DNA of 64,000 bases from Cyanophora paradoxa CCMP329. Taxonomy: Eukaryota; Plantae; Glaucophyta. The notes beneath the pieces are model-generated. The model ran no database searches. It worked only from the letters and a program-made list of their open reading frames with translations, and was not told the origin of the DNA. The position numbers were made by a program, and so were the translations under genes. The stretch lies in the NCBI GenBank assembly GCA_004431415.1, contig QPMI01000581.1, positions 36,021 to 100,020 of the forward strand, read 5' to 3'. How positions within the stretch are numbered: the stretch's first letter is position 1; every line of letters starts with the position of its first letter. Shown piece by piece: positions 1 through 9,641 of the stretch.

Positions 1-20
1 GTAAAACAAACGCGAAACAT

Positions 21-3000
21 GTGAATTTCGATAATATCACCATCAAAGGGTCGGCTTCTATCGATCAGAGCGCCGATAAACCCAGTAAGACGCAATCCAG
101 AGAGCATGCTTTATCGCTGAATCAGACAGACCCAAACAGAGAAGATGTTAGTATTGCTTTCAGTTTGGGAGATGTTAAAAAAAATGAAGTTGCCGAAATT
201 AAAGCAACAAGAAGACAACGAAAACTTAAAACAAGTAAAACCCATCCCGATATTCCGACACGTTTCGATAGCGGGCGATTAGTATTTAATGTTCAGGATG
301 AGAAAGGTAAACAAAATACAGGTCTCAGAATTTATAATGAAGGCAGCACACCAATTGTCGAGTCATCAGAAATCTTACAAATAGGTTCTTTTCCTAATGC
401 AAATCAAGTATGTATCACTAATGATGTTTACCCAAAAGATATTACTTATGATTTTGCGAAAAATGAACCTTTTGGGTTCTTTACTCCGAAAGATGTTCAC
501 GAAAAGAAACCGTCAATAACCATAAATAGTAGTCCCACTCAACCAGTAGCTATACATTTACATCCAGATCTTGTCGAAATGGATCGGCATTTACTACCTT
601 TGGTCACAAACACCAAAGACCTTGGTATAAGAACCCGACAATGGCGAAATATTCATGGTAGTAATGTTTATGCAAACGGTGAGAAACTTGTTAGTGAGAA
701 GACCATCAGAGAAATATTCGAACATTACGGACCTGTTCCGGTTCCCTTTCCACTTCCATGGGATCCACCAGATCTGACACCAAAGAAAGAACCAGGAAGA
801 GAATACACAGCAGATGAAACGGTTGCGTTTGGTCAACATTTAGTTAGTTGGGAAAAAGTTTATAATAAACCAGTTTTTAAAGATTACAAACCGCCCGCTG
901 AGGAACTCTTAGCACCAGATATTAATGTAATCCCTCTCGAACATAAAGAATGTGAAGACGTGGAAGAATTGCCGGATGGATTTGATCCTAACCATATGTT
1001 ATATGATCGTTACGAACCTTTCGATGAACAACTTTTACCAGATGGATTAAATCCACCTAACATAGATTACGAACAACCACATATACCAGATGAAGAGTTA
1101 TTACCAGACGGATTACAGCCGGGTTTTTTCGATTTTACCGTAGATTGGAGGGATATTATTAACAAACCCGAAACATTTCCACCAGATCCCCACGAACACG
1201 AATGGGATGACATTCTAAACAAACCGGAAAGATTCCCACCGACAGAGCATAGGCACGATTGGGAAGATTTAGATAACATACCTACTGAGTTTCCGCCAGC
1301 AGATCACAGGCATAATTGGGACGAAATCGACGAACAGCCTACTTTTGCATCAGCAGGAAATGTATTAACAGATTTTCAACATGGCGTAAGTCTTTATAGA
1401 AATATTAACATAGAAGAAAGATTACAATTAAATGACCACTACCTTAATCGCATGGGAATAGAAGCAGGCACAGGTATGGAAGCCGAATTATACATTAGAC
1501 CACCCAGAAGAGAGGGGATTTTACCAATTAATGGTAATTTTGGTTTGTATGAGACGAAACCCGGAATTTATTTAACAAGCTTCTATCCTGAGGACATCCC
1601 GATGACAGAAGTATTACCTCCTATACCGTCGCTTCCATTAGATCCAAACAGTTATGATAACAAAGACGCAGCAATACAAATTAATGTTACAGATGTAAGC
1701 GATTTTGACCAATCGAGACCGAAATTAGTATTTAGTCGGCAGCGTCTTTTACCTAATACTTTTATAGGAGATCGAGATGATTATAGAAGATGTGAGGTAG
1801 CATGGATAAAAACAAATTATAATGGTGGAGTTGGTGAAGGTTTATTAGAAATCAATCAAAGAGCAAGCGCCAAAAACATACACAATGAAGATATTTCAAG
1901 AGTGGTAACAGAAGATTATTTAGAAGAACAGGGATATATAGATGAGGGAGAGCTTACTAATATTCTTTCATTATTCGTGATAAAAAATGATACAAACCTT
2001 ACAGTCACAAGTAACATTTATACAAGTAACATTTCAGCAAGTAACATATGGGCAAGTAACATATGGACAAGTAACATATGGGCAAGTAATATTTATGGAA
2101 GTAACATTTACACCAGTAACCTTTGGGCAAGTAATCTTTATTCCAGCAACTTAGTCGTCGATTATTTGACTGTGAATATAGAAGCAAACCTACCACATCA
2201 TCCCACTTCTAATGTTGTTTTAGATTGGATAGCAAACCACACCCATACCAAAGATGAGATCGAGGATTTTGCCCATAGGCACATGTGGAGCGAAATAGAT
2301 GACCAGCCTAAGTTTGCATCAGCAGGTGATGTATTCGACACCACACATGGTGTTACTCTCTATCAAAGTAATACCATACCAGAGAGATTAAGATTAGATG
2401 AATATTATGTGAATCGAAAAGGAATAGATGCAGGCACCACAATGGAAGGCGAATTATACATTAGACCCCCCACAAGAATGCAGATGATTGCAGCAGGCGG
2501 AAATTTCGGTTTGATGGACACCAAACCAGGTATCTATCTGACAAGCTACTATGCTGATGACATCCCAATGACAGATAGTTTAATATTATCGCTTCCATCT
2601 GATCCAGCAAACTATGATGACAAAGATGCAGCAATCCAAATTAATGTTACTGATGTAAGTGACTTAGATAGTTCAAGACCCAAATTAATATTCACCAGAG
2701 AGAGATTGTTACCAAATGCTCTTATTGGAAATCGAGATGACTACAAGAGATGCGAGATATCATGGATAAAAACAAATTATAATGATGGAGTTGGTGAGGG
2801 TCTCTTAGAAATCAATCAGAGAGCCTCAGCGAAAAACATCCACAATGAAACAATTTCAAGAATTGTTACAGAAGATTACCTACAAGCCCAGAACTACATA
2901 GATGAAACAGAACTTGATACAATCATTGCAGGTATAAATATTGGTGTAACAGGTGATTACCTTCCGCTAACAGGTGGGATTATTGATGGAACAGTAACGG

Positions 3001-4136
3001 CATGTAACTTTTTTGTCCATACTGAATGTAATCAAACCTTCCCTGTGGTTCATCCAGGAGGTGAGTATGTGATACCTGACGATCCAGCTATTATGCCTAT
3101 AAAGATTGATCTACCATCTGATTATGTAGGAAGGGGAGAGCTAAAAACCATTTCTTTCACAGGAGACTACAATGATCTAATTAATAAACCCACCGCAGCA
3201 AATCTACATCCTGTTGCATTTTCAGGTAGTTTCCTCGACCTTAATAATAGATCACACACCCATACAAAGGCAGAAATCACAGATTTTGCACACACTCACA
3301 CCAAATCCCAAATCACAGATTTTGCACACACCCATACCCGAGCAGATATTACTAATTTCGCTCACACTCATGTTAAATCAGAGATATTAGATCTCGGAAA
3401 TGTTGCTTATGTAGGTCACACCCACACTAAGGCAGAGATTACAGATCTTGGAAATGTTGCGTATGTAGGTCACACCCACACAAAGGCAGAGATTACAGAT
3501 TTTGCACACACTCATGATTGGAATACAGATATTTATAACAAACCAGCGATTTTTTCGGGCAACTACAATGACCTGACCAATAGACCAACTCTTGATCCTT
3601 TCACAGCCACCACAATCAGAGCCAACAACACAATGTATGTAGGATCAGGTCAGATTGTAGAACCAGCAGGACCTATGTTTGAAGAAACATGGTTCTTCCA
3701 CAATTCGCAGAATTACTTTGATAAAACCTTACTTGTTCGTGGAAATGCCTATGCAAGAAATTTCTATGCTATGAACCCCTCAAATAATGCGACCATCAGT
3801 CGATGTATTACAGAGGCAGATCTTTCCAGTCAACTCAATGCATATTTTAATGGGAAAATCCAAGCAGGAACGTATGTTTACACTACTCCTTATCTTTGGG
3901 CAAATCCTGACCATAGGTTTAACCTCACTATTAATTTCAACAGCAGCTTTGCTAACCCTCCTATTGTAACAACTGGTATACAACACAATGAGACAGCCTA
4001 CTACTATCGAATGTATGTTAGGCTTAAACAAGTTTACAGTAGCTATTTCACTTGTGAGCTTGACATAGTTCCATTAAGTTCTTTTGACAGACCAGGATTT
4101 CCAGTTACAATTCATTACATTGCTGTCGCAATTTAA
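21..4136 (+). CDS. Large fibre-like virion protein (true start probably upstream of the window)
   Basis: 1371-aa ORF, open to the window edge. Contains HxHxWxxIxxxP and HTHTKAEITDF phage-tail-type repeats, SNIWA pentapeptide repeats, a duplicated ~200-aa module, a YLPLTGG fibre motif and an H-lectin/gp53-like C-terminus (INFNSSFANPPIV...IHYIAVAI). Confidence 0.75.
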   Translation: MNFDNITIKGSASIDQSADKPSKTQSREHALSLNQTDPNREDVSIAFSLGDVKKNEVAEIKATRRQRKLKTSKTHPDIPTRFDSGRLVFNVQDEKGKQNTGLRIYNEGSTPIVESSEILQIGSFPNANQVCITNDVYPKDITYDFAKNEPFGFFTPKDVHEKKPSITINSSPTQPVAIHLHPDLVEMDRHLLPLVTNTKDLGIRTRQWRNIHGSNVYANGEKLVSEKTIREIFEHYGPVPVPFPLPWDPPDLTPKKEPGREYTADETVAFGQHLVSWEKVYNKPVFKDYKPPAEELLAPDINVIPLEHKECEDVEELPDGFDPNHMLYDRYEPFDEQLLPDGLNPPNIDYEQPHIPDEELLPDGLQPGFFDFTVDWRDIINKPETFPPDPHEHEWDDILNKPERFPPTEHRHDWEDLDNIPTEFPPADHRHNWDEIDEQPTFASAGNVLTDFQHGVSLYRNINIEERLQLNDHYLNRMGIEAGTGMEAELYIRPPRREGILPINGNFGLYETKPGIYLTSFYPEDIPMTEVLPPIPSLPLDPNSYDNKDAAIQINVTDVSDFDQSRPKLVFSRQRLLPNTFIGDRDDYRRCEVAWIKTNYNGGVGEGLLEINQRASAKNIHNEDISRVVTEDYLEEQGYIDEGELTNILSLFVIKNDTNLTVTSNIYTSNISASNIWASNIWTSNIWASNIYGSNIYTSNLWASNLYSSNLVVDYLTVNIEANLPHHPTSNVVLDWIANHTHTKDEIEDFAHRHMWSEIDDQPKFASAGDVFDTTHGVTLYQSNTIPERLRLDEYYVNRKGIDAGTTMEGELYIRPPTRMQMIAAGGNFGLMDTKPGIYLTSYYADDIPMTDSLILSLPSDPANYDDKDAAIQINVTDVSDLDSSRPKLIFTRERLLPNALIGNRDDYKRCEISWIKTNYNDGVGEGLLEINQRASAKNIHNETISRIVTEDYLQAQNYIDETELDTIIAGINIGVTGDYLPLTGGIIDGTVTACNFFVHTECNQTFPVVHPGGEYVIPDDPAIMPIKIDLPSDYVGRGELKTISFTGDYNDLINKPTAANLHPVAFSGSFLDLNNRSHTHTKAEITDFAHTHTKSQITDFAHTHTRADITNFAHTHVKSEILDLGNVAYVGHTHTKAEITDLGNVAYVGHTHTKAEITDFAHTHDWNTDIYNKPAIFSGNYNDLTNRPTLDPFTATTIRANNTMYVGSGQIVEPAGPMFEETWFFHNSQNYFDKTLLVRGNAYARNFYAMNPSNNATISRCITEADLSSQLNAYFNGKIQAGTYVYTTPYLWANPDHRFNLTINFNSSFANPPIVTTGIQHNETAYYYRMYVRLKQVYSSYFTCELDIVPLSSFDRPGFPVTIHYIAVAI

Positions 4137-4155
4137 CTATTTCGTAATTATAAAG

Positions 4156-5226
4156 ATGACCTCTCTATTAGAAATCCCAAATTATGAACTTGCAGCCAAA
4201 TCACTCCATAGCACCTCTCATGGAGTAGTTGATTCAACACCTGGGTATATTTGCACTGAAACTTCAAGTAATACCTCTTTCACAGAGAATAATATACTCA
4301 GAGTCAAAGAGATTAGATGTGATCGAAATGGAGGCAAGATTAGAACCACAGGCATTATAATCTCGAATAAAAATCAAGTCCAATCAGGTCAGGTAGTCCC
4401 GGATTCAGCAATATATGATAATGTGGGTGGAGTCACCACAGCACAGATAGTGACTTTTGGGAACACAAGCAATAATTCCGCTCTTGTAGTCAAGAGTGGA
4501 GGAGCCTACATTGGTGATGGAGCAATTGTGGTGGGGACTGTCACAGCAAATCAATTTAATGTGAATGGAACAAGTTCATTTACAGGATTGATGACCTTCA
4601 ATGGTGGACTCTCGGGAACTGTTAGCGTTGAAACTCGAAAAGCAACCACAAGAGTTCAAACACCTGAGATAGACAATGGGACAAATGTGAATATGAATTA
4701 CAAACGAAACGGAGATACCATTTTCACTCTCGAAAAGACAATAACAGATCTGAATGTAATCACAATCCCGGAAAATAGTGGTCTGAAACGAACCTATTGT
4801 CCAAGAATGAATATATCAAGACAAGCTCCTGGTATGACAGGGACAGTAATACTTAACAATGCAACAGCATTTTCCTTTACAGGTGGAGCTTATTTTGTAA
4901 ACAATGAGGGAAACTTTGCATCCACAAAATTTACAGCTCCTGTTTCCGGAGTATATAGGGTGTTCTTTGCATGTATGAGAGCTGGCACAACCTCTTATAC
5001 TCATATTGCTACCAGCATTTATTTAAATGGAAATCCTACAACCCTCCAAACAAGGGTTTCAATGCCGTCCGCGGGGATTTCTAATACATTTGTAACTCCA
5101 ATTTCATTTGAAGTTTTACTTTCTCTTATTCAAGGTGACTCCTTTGATATGCGCAATAGTTCTGGTGCCACTCTTCAATTTGATATCAGATACTATCTTT
5201 CTTGTGATCTTGTTAGTGCTACATAA
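4156..5226 (+). CDS. Spike/fibre paralog 1 with C-terminal C1q-like domain
   Basis: ATG at 4156 (MTSLLEIP). N-domain RVKEIRCDRNGGKIRTT...SGGAYIGDG is shared with its neighbours. C1q motif FTAPVSGVYRV. Confidence 0.7.
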   Translation: MTSLLEIPNYELAAKSLHSTSHGVVDSTPGYICTETSSNTSFTENNILRVKEIRCDRNGGKIRTTGIIISNKNQVQSGQVVPDSAIYDNVGGVTTAQIVTFGNTSNNSALVVKSGGAYIGDGAIVVGTVTANQFNVNGTSSFTGLMTFNGGLSGTVSVETRKATTRVQTPEIDNGTNVNMNYKRNGDTIFTLEKTITDLNVITIPENSGLKRTYCPRMNISRQAPGMTGTVILNNATAFSFTGGAYFVNNEGNFASTKFTAPVSGVYRVFFACMRAGTTSYTHIATSIYLNGNPTTLQTRVSMPSAGISNTFVTPISFEVLLSLIQGDSFDMRNSSGATLQFDIRYYLSCDLVSAT

Positions 5227-5248
5227 TATTATCTGTATAGTATAAAGA

Positions 5249-6270
5249 ATGTCTACACAAATTGCTGTTCCTGTTTTCTGTTATGCCGCCCCAAAAATAC
5301 ATCAACTGAACCATACAGTAACAGATGCAACACCTGGGTTTATTTGCACAGAAACAACAGGGGCTGATTCGTTTTCACAGAACTCTGTGATTAGATGTAA
5401 AGAAATTCGATGTGATCGCAATGGGGGAAAAGTGAGAACCACAGGTCTCATTGTATCTAACAAGAACCAAGTCCAATCAGGTCAAATTGTTTCAGATACA
5501 GCAATTTATGACAATGTGGGAGGGTTCACCACACCCAAAATAGTTACTTTTGATAATACAATTAATAATGCTGCTCTTTCAGTTAGAAGTGGAGGGGCAT
5601 ATATTGGAGATGGGGCAAGGATTGATGGAACTCTAACAGCCAATCAAGTGAACATTACAGGAACAAGCACATTTACAGGTTCAGTAACAGCCCATGGAGG
5701 CATAAGTATTCCAGAAACAACACAATCGATAATAACAGCAACTTCCAAGGTGGTTACACCTGAGATCGATACAGGAGCAAATGTGAATCTTGTTTTGAAA
5801 CGCAACAGTGATATTGTGGCTACTCTGGAAACCAATCGCTTGACAATTAATACAAATTGTTATTTAAAATATGACTATCAGCCTCGATTTTCTGTTCAAC
5901 TTAATTATCCTCATGTTGCTACCAGTGAAACTGCACTTATCAATTGGGGAGTAGTGTTTCTGAATAATAGGGATGGATTCAATGTGACTAATGGAAGGTT
6001 CACAGCTCCTGTTGCGGGTCATTACAGATTTACAGCATATACCCACTCAACATCAAGTAATCCAATAAGTCTCTCTTTAAAAGTAAATGACCAAGACCCA
6101 GGGGTCAAAGTATTATAACACAAAATAACTCCACTCTCACGAATAAACCGCTTTACATTAGTGTAATTCTCAACATTGCTATGGGTGAGTATGTAACACT
6201 TGTAACAAATAATGGGGGTAGCTACACAAATCGAACAACATTCACAGGTGAGCTTCTCAGTCTCACATAA
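5249..6270 (+). CDS. Spike/fibre paralog 2 with C1q-like domain (one frameshift near 6107)
   Basis: Same N-domain. C1q motif FNVTNGRFTAPVAGHYRF. Adding one A to the AAA run at ~6107 continues the frame as SVILNIAMGEYVTL...TTFTGELLSLT* to 6270, completing the C1q fold. Confidence 0.7.
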
Positions 6271-6291
6271 TTTTCTCTCTATAAAATAGGA

Positions 6292-6558
6292 ATGTCGAAT
6301 ATATACCAAGTGGCTCTCTCAGATATTGAAAAGTTGGGAATGGAATATTGCGCTGCTTCTGTTCAGGATTGGATTGATAATGTTGTTCATAACAGGGCAA
6401 GAATCGCAATCGATGATATTGTTCAAAAAGAAATTCAATCTTGCATCTCATCAGGAGTTCAGATACCAACCTCTAAGGAAGCGATTGTATTACAGGCATT
6501 CCAAAGGGGAACTGTAAAGAAAGGCATCGAGTATAACAATGTCACAGAAGAGCAATGA
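6292..6558 (+). CDS. Small protein resembling phage proteins encoded next to C1q-type tail fibres
   Basis: 88 aa, AASVQDWIDNVVHNRARIAIDDIV...IPTSKEAIVLQAF. Recognised from memory of aquatic phage hypothetical proteins, not searched. Confidence 0.55.
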   Translation: MSNIYQVALSDIEKLGMEYCAASVQDWIDNVVHNRARIAIDDIVQKEIQSCISSGVQIPTSKEAIVLQAFQRGTVKKGIEYNNVTEEQ

Positions 6559-6593
6559 ACATTATTTTTCTTTCCTTCTTAGTAAAAGAAGCA

Positions 6594-7436
6594 ATGGGTG
6601 AATACAATCGTGTGCAATTGCCCGTTTACGCTTTGGGATCGCCCGCCGTCCACTTTCGACAACATGAGGTAGCCGACGAAATCCGTGGTGTGGAATCTAC
6701 GGAACGCGCTAATTCCGCGAATGCATTCGATAAAAACAGTATGATACGTGTGAAAGAACTACGAGCCGACAAGAATTCGGGAGTGGTTAAAACGACTCAG
6801 CTTCTTGTAACAAATGCAAATTTTAACGCGGGTATTGGGCAACCTGATGCATGGGGTGTGGATATTAGAACGTTAGATTTTGACGGAGAACGTGCCGCCG
6901 CTGTTGTCCGATCAGGTGGCGCTGTTATTGGTGGAGGTTGTCGTGTGTCGGGTATGCTTGCATCCTCTGTTGCTGTTACCGATATTCCCGATACTCTACC
7001 TGAGCATGCGGAGAATCCGCAACGTATCCGTATGTATACCCCATGTGGAGATTATCCGTATGTGTTTGGAATGGTCAGAGTTGGGGTAGATAACGTAAAT
7101 GCAACACAACCCGATGGAATTATGGGAAATTGGTTATTACCAAATATTGCTATTCCTAAATCTATTGAGTCTATATGTCGTTCACAAAATGGTATTATCG
7201 GACCGGCTTATACTTTCTTTGTTCAGGGAATCGGACGCGGTAGAGGTTGGGTGGAATTCGACAACCAGAACCCCGCTACGTTTAATGTTTGGACGACAGA
7301 AGTAGGAGGTTACGATATTCTCATTTTCGGAATGCGAACAGATCCAGCGGCTGTGGCGGCTACACGTGGTCTCAATCCCGATAACAACCTAAATAACTTC
7401 TACGATGATCCGTTCCCAGGTGATCCCACACCATAA
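6594..7436 (+). CDS. Spike paralog 3 (shared N-domain, different C-terminus)
   Basis: RVKELRADKNSGVVKTT...RSGGAVIGGG motif. Likely start is the ATG at 6594. Confidence 0.65.
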   Translation: MGEYNRVQLPVYALGSPAVHFRQHEVADEIRGVESTERANSANAFDKNSMIRVKELRADKNSGVVKTTQLLVTNANFNAGIGQPDAWGVDIRTLDFDGERAAAVVRSGGAVIGGGCRVSGMLASSVAVTDIPDTLPEHAENPQRIRMYTPCGDYPYVFGMVRVGVDNVNATQPDGIMGNWLLPNIAIPKSIESICRSQNGIIGPAYTFFVQGIGRGRGWVEFDNQNPATFNVWTTEVGGYDILIFGMRTDPAAVAATRGLNPDNNLNNFYDDPFPGDPTP

Positions 7437-7455
7437 TTATGTTTCAATATATTAA

Positions 7456-8301
7456 ATGGCGGCACCTGCACCTCCTGAGCGTATTTTAACAGCGCAACTT
7501 TCATTAGCCGCGCCGGCAAATCACGTATTACAACATGCCGTTATCGATAATGTCGATGGTTTAGAATCTACCGAACTTGCACCTACTCTTAATACTTTTG
7601 GTGATACGCATAAATTGCGACTGAAAGAGTTAAGATGTGATAAAAACAATGGCATCGTGAAAACTACGAAACTCCTTGTAACAAATGCAAACTTTAACGC
7701 TTTTTATGGAGATCCCGATAGTTATAATGATGATAACAAGGTTACTAACTTTGCTTATGAATCGAGAAACGGAGCGATTAAATGTAGATCGGGAGGCGCT
7801 TACATTGGTGATGGTCTCAGAGTAGGTGGTATCATTGGAGCGCCTCTATTGGTAAATGACCAACCAAACCCCGACGATGAGAACACACGAATTAGGACAT
7901 ATTGCCCAGGTATGAATGAACCTTACATTATTAAAATTTACACGATTATTATTAGTTTACAAACAGCGGTAGCCGATGTTTTAGAACCGTTGGGAAATCA
8001 TTATAGATATAGAGACACGATACCTGAGGACATTTACGCATTATGTAGAAGAACCGATGGAGCAAGACCACGCCTTACGATACATATTATTCCCATAGAT
8101 AATTTTGGTCAGGCGTTTCACTCAATACCTCTTTTAGATACACAAGATAACCAATTTATAATAAGAGCTACACAACTCGGAAATTATAGAGTTATTATGT
8201 ATGCCGAAAGAAACGACGCAATCGCAACAGCTAACCGATTCGGTCAATATCTTAATACCAATCTATACAATCCCGTCGGCGGTAGCGATCCACAACCATA
8301 A
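7456..8301 (+). CDS. Spike paralog 4 (shared N-domain, different C-terminus)
   Basis: RLKELRCDKNNGIVKTT...RSGGAYIGDG motif. Ends in DPQP, like the DPTP end of paralog 3. Confidence 0.65.
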   Translation: MAAPAPPERILTAQLSLAAPANHVLQHAVIDNVDGLESTELAPTLNTFGDTHKLRLKELRCDKNNGIVKTTKLLVTNANFNAFYGDPDSYNDDNKVTNFAYESRNGAIKCRSGGAYIGDGLRVGGIIGAPLLVNDQPNPDDENTRIRTYCPGMNEPYIIKIYTIIISLQTAVADVLEPLGNHYRYRDTIPEDIYALCRRTDGARPRLTIHIIPIDNFGQAFHSIPLLDTQDNQFIIRATQLGNYRVIMYAERNDAIATANRFGQYLNTNLYNPVGGSDPQP

Positions 8302-8321
8302 ATCTAAGGTATATATAGGGA

Positions 8322-8594
8322 ATGGATGAAAAAACGAAAAGATTCATTGAGTCTGCTATTATGGTTCATGGTTACAACAAGTTCGATTACACCGAAACTG
8401 TCTATAAAAAGGCGCAAGAGAAGGTATCGGTGAGATGCCTACAATGTAATAAAGTCTTTCAGACTTACGGATTTAATCACATTAAGGGATCGGGTTGCCG
8501 ACAGTGTTCCAAGAAACATTCTCATGCATACAGAAAAAAGACTACATGGGGAATAGTTATAGAAGAGAGACCGATTATGTTGTATTTTGATTAA
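8322..8594 (+). CDS. Single DUF723-like Zn-binding repeat protein (no nuclease domain)
   Basis: HGYNKFDYTETVY...CLQC...HIKGSGCRQC matches the repeats in 11175-12116. Confidence 0.6.
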   Translation: MDEKTKRFIESAIMVHGYNKFDYTETVYKKAQEKVSVRCLQCNKVFQTYGFNHIKGSGCRQCSKKHSHAYRKKTTWGIVIEERPIMLYFD

Positions 8595-8780
8595 AGTTTC
8601 GAAAGAGAAATGAGCATCTTTCCACATTTACCTTTGGTTATTATACAAGTATCAAAGCAACTCGGACATGTTTTATGATAATATACCATTATGATATCGA
8701 CCAACTCATACGGAAACACTTTCGCTAAGATGGTTCGCATCCTTCTAATTTCGTTTTTAATTTTTCTATATAATTCATAA

Positions 8781-9179
8781 ATGAATCATCGGGGATTTCA
8801 CGTGATGTTGGATTACAAATTCGGAAAGGAGATCGCGATAGGAATGGAGAGCTTGGAGATCACAACAAGATGGTTAATGCATTTTTTACAATCTATTATT
8901 CAAGAGCAAGGTATTCGAGTAGTTCACAAGCATTGCGAGATTTTCGATGGTGGTGTTTCGCCACCGGGTTTTGCGATGGTTCTTCTATTAGATGAAAGCC
9001 ATTGCACCGCTCATTGTTACTCCGATCAAGGAATGTTAGCAATTGATTTATTCACTTGCGGAACGGAAGCGGAAAGTAAGACCTCAGTAATATCACAATT
9101 GATAGATGAGAGAATAACAGAGATCTTTTCAGGGTTGGAGAAAGCGGAGAAGCATAGAGTGACGCGATTTCCGAGTTGA
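8781..9179 (+). CDS. speD: Prokaryotic-type (class 1B) S-adenosylmethionine decarboxylase proenzyme
   Basis: GxHxxLD N-terminus, then SPPGFAMVLLLDESHCTAHCYSDQGMLAIDLFTCG with the E|S autocleavage site and the DxFTCG motif. Confidence 0.88.
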   Translation: MNHRGFHVMLDYKFGKEIAIGMESLEITTRWLMHFLQSIIQEQGIRVVHKHCEIFDGGVSPPGFAMVLLLDESHCTAHCYSDQGMLAIDLFTCGTEAESKTSVISQLIDERITEIFSGLEKAEKHRVTRFPS

Positions 9180-9221
9180 TCTTACTTATAAAACAAAGAA
9201 TTCATTCTTTTCTTACTATAA

Positions 9222-9576
9222 ATGGTAACAGATAACAAAGGTAACAGATTTATTCTTATTTTCAGTAAGGGTAACAGAGGTAACGGATTTTGCGCAACTT
9301 TTTGAAAATCTCGATCTTAGGGGAAAGGTTGGGAAAAATCCGTTACCTCTGTTACCCTCAATTGTTTATCATTAAACAAAGATTAATTATTCAAGAACTC
9401 ATTACTTATTATGGTAAGGGTAACAGATTCATTCTTATTTTCAGTAAGGGTAACAGATTTTAATTGAGGTAACGGATTTAATCGAGGGTAACAGAGGTAA
9501 CGGATTTTGCGCAACTTTTTGAAAATCTCGATCTTAGGGGAAAGGTTGGGAAAAATCCGTTACCTCTGTTACCCTC
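9222..9576. repeat. GGTAAC(A/G)GA iterons and two copies of a ~92-bp hairpin (24-25-bp perfect arms)
   Basis: AGGGTAACAGAGGTAACGGATTTT...AAAATCCGTTACCTCTGTTACCCT at 9268-9358 and 9484-9576, plus scattered GGTAACAGA units. Confidence 0.9.
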
Positions 9577-9641
9577 AATTAATTGAGATTGATACACCTA
9601 AGATACAATGTTTTTACAGTAAAAAACAGAATCCAATCTTA

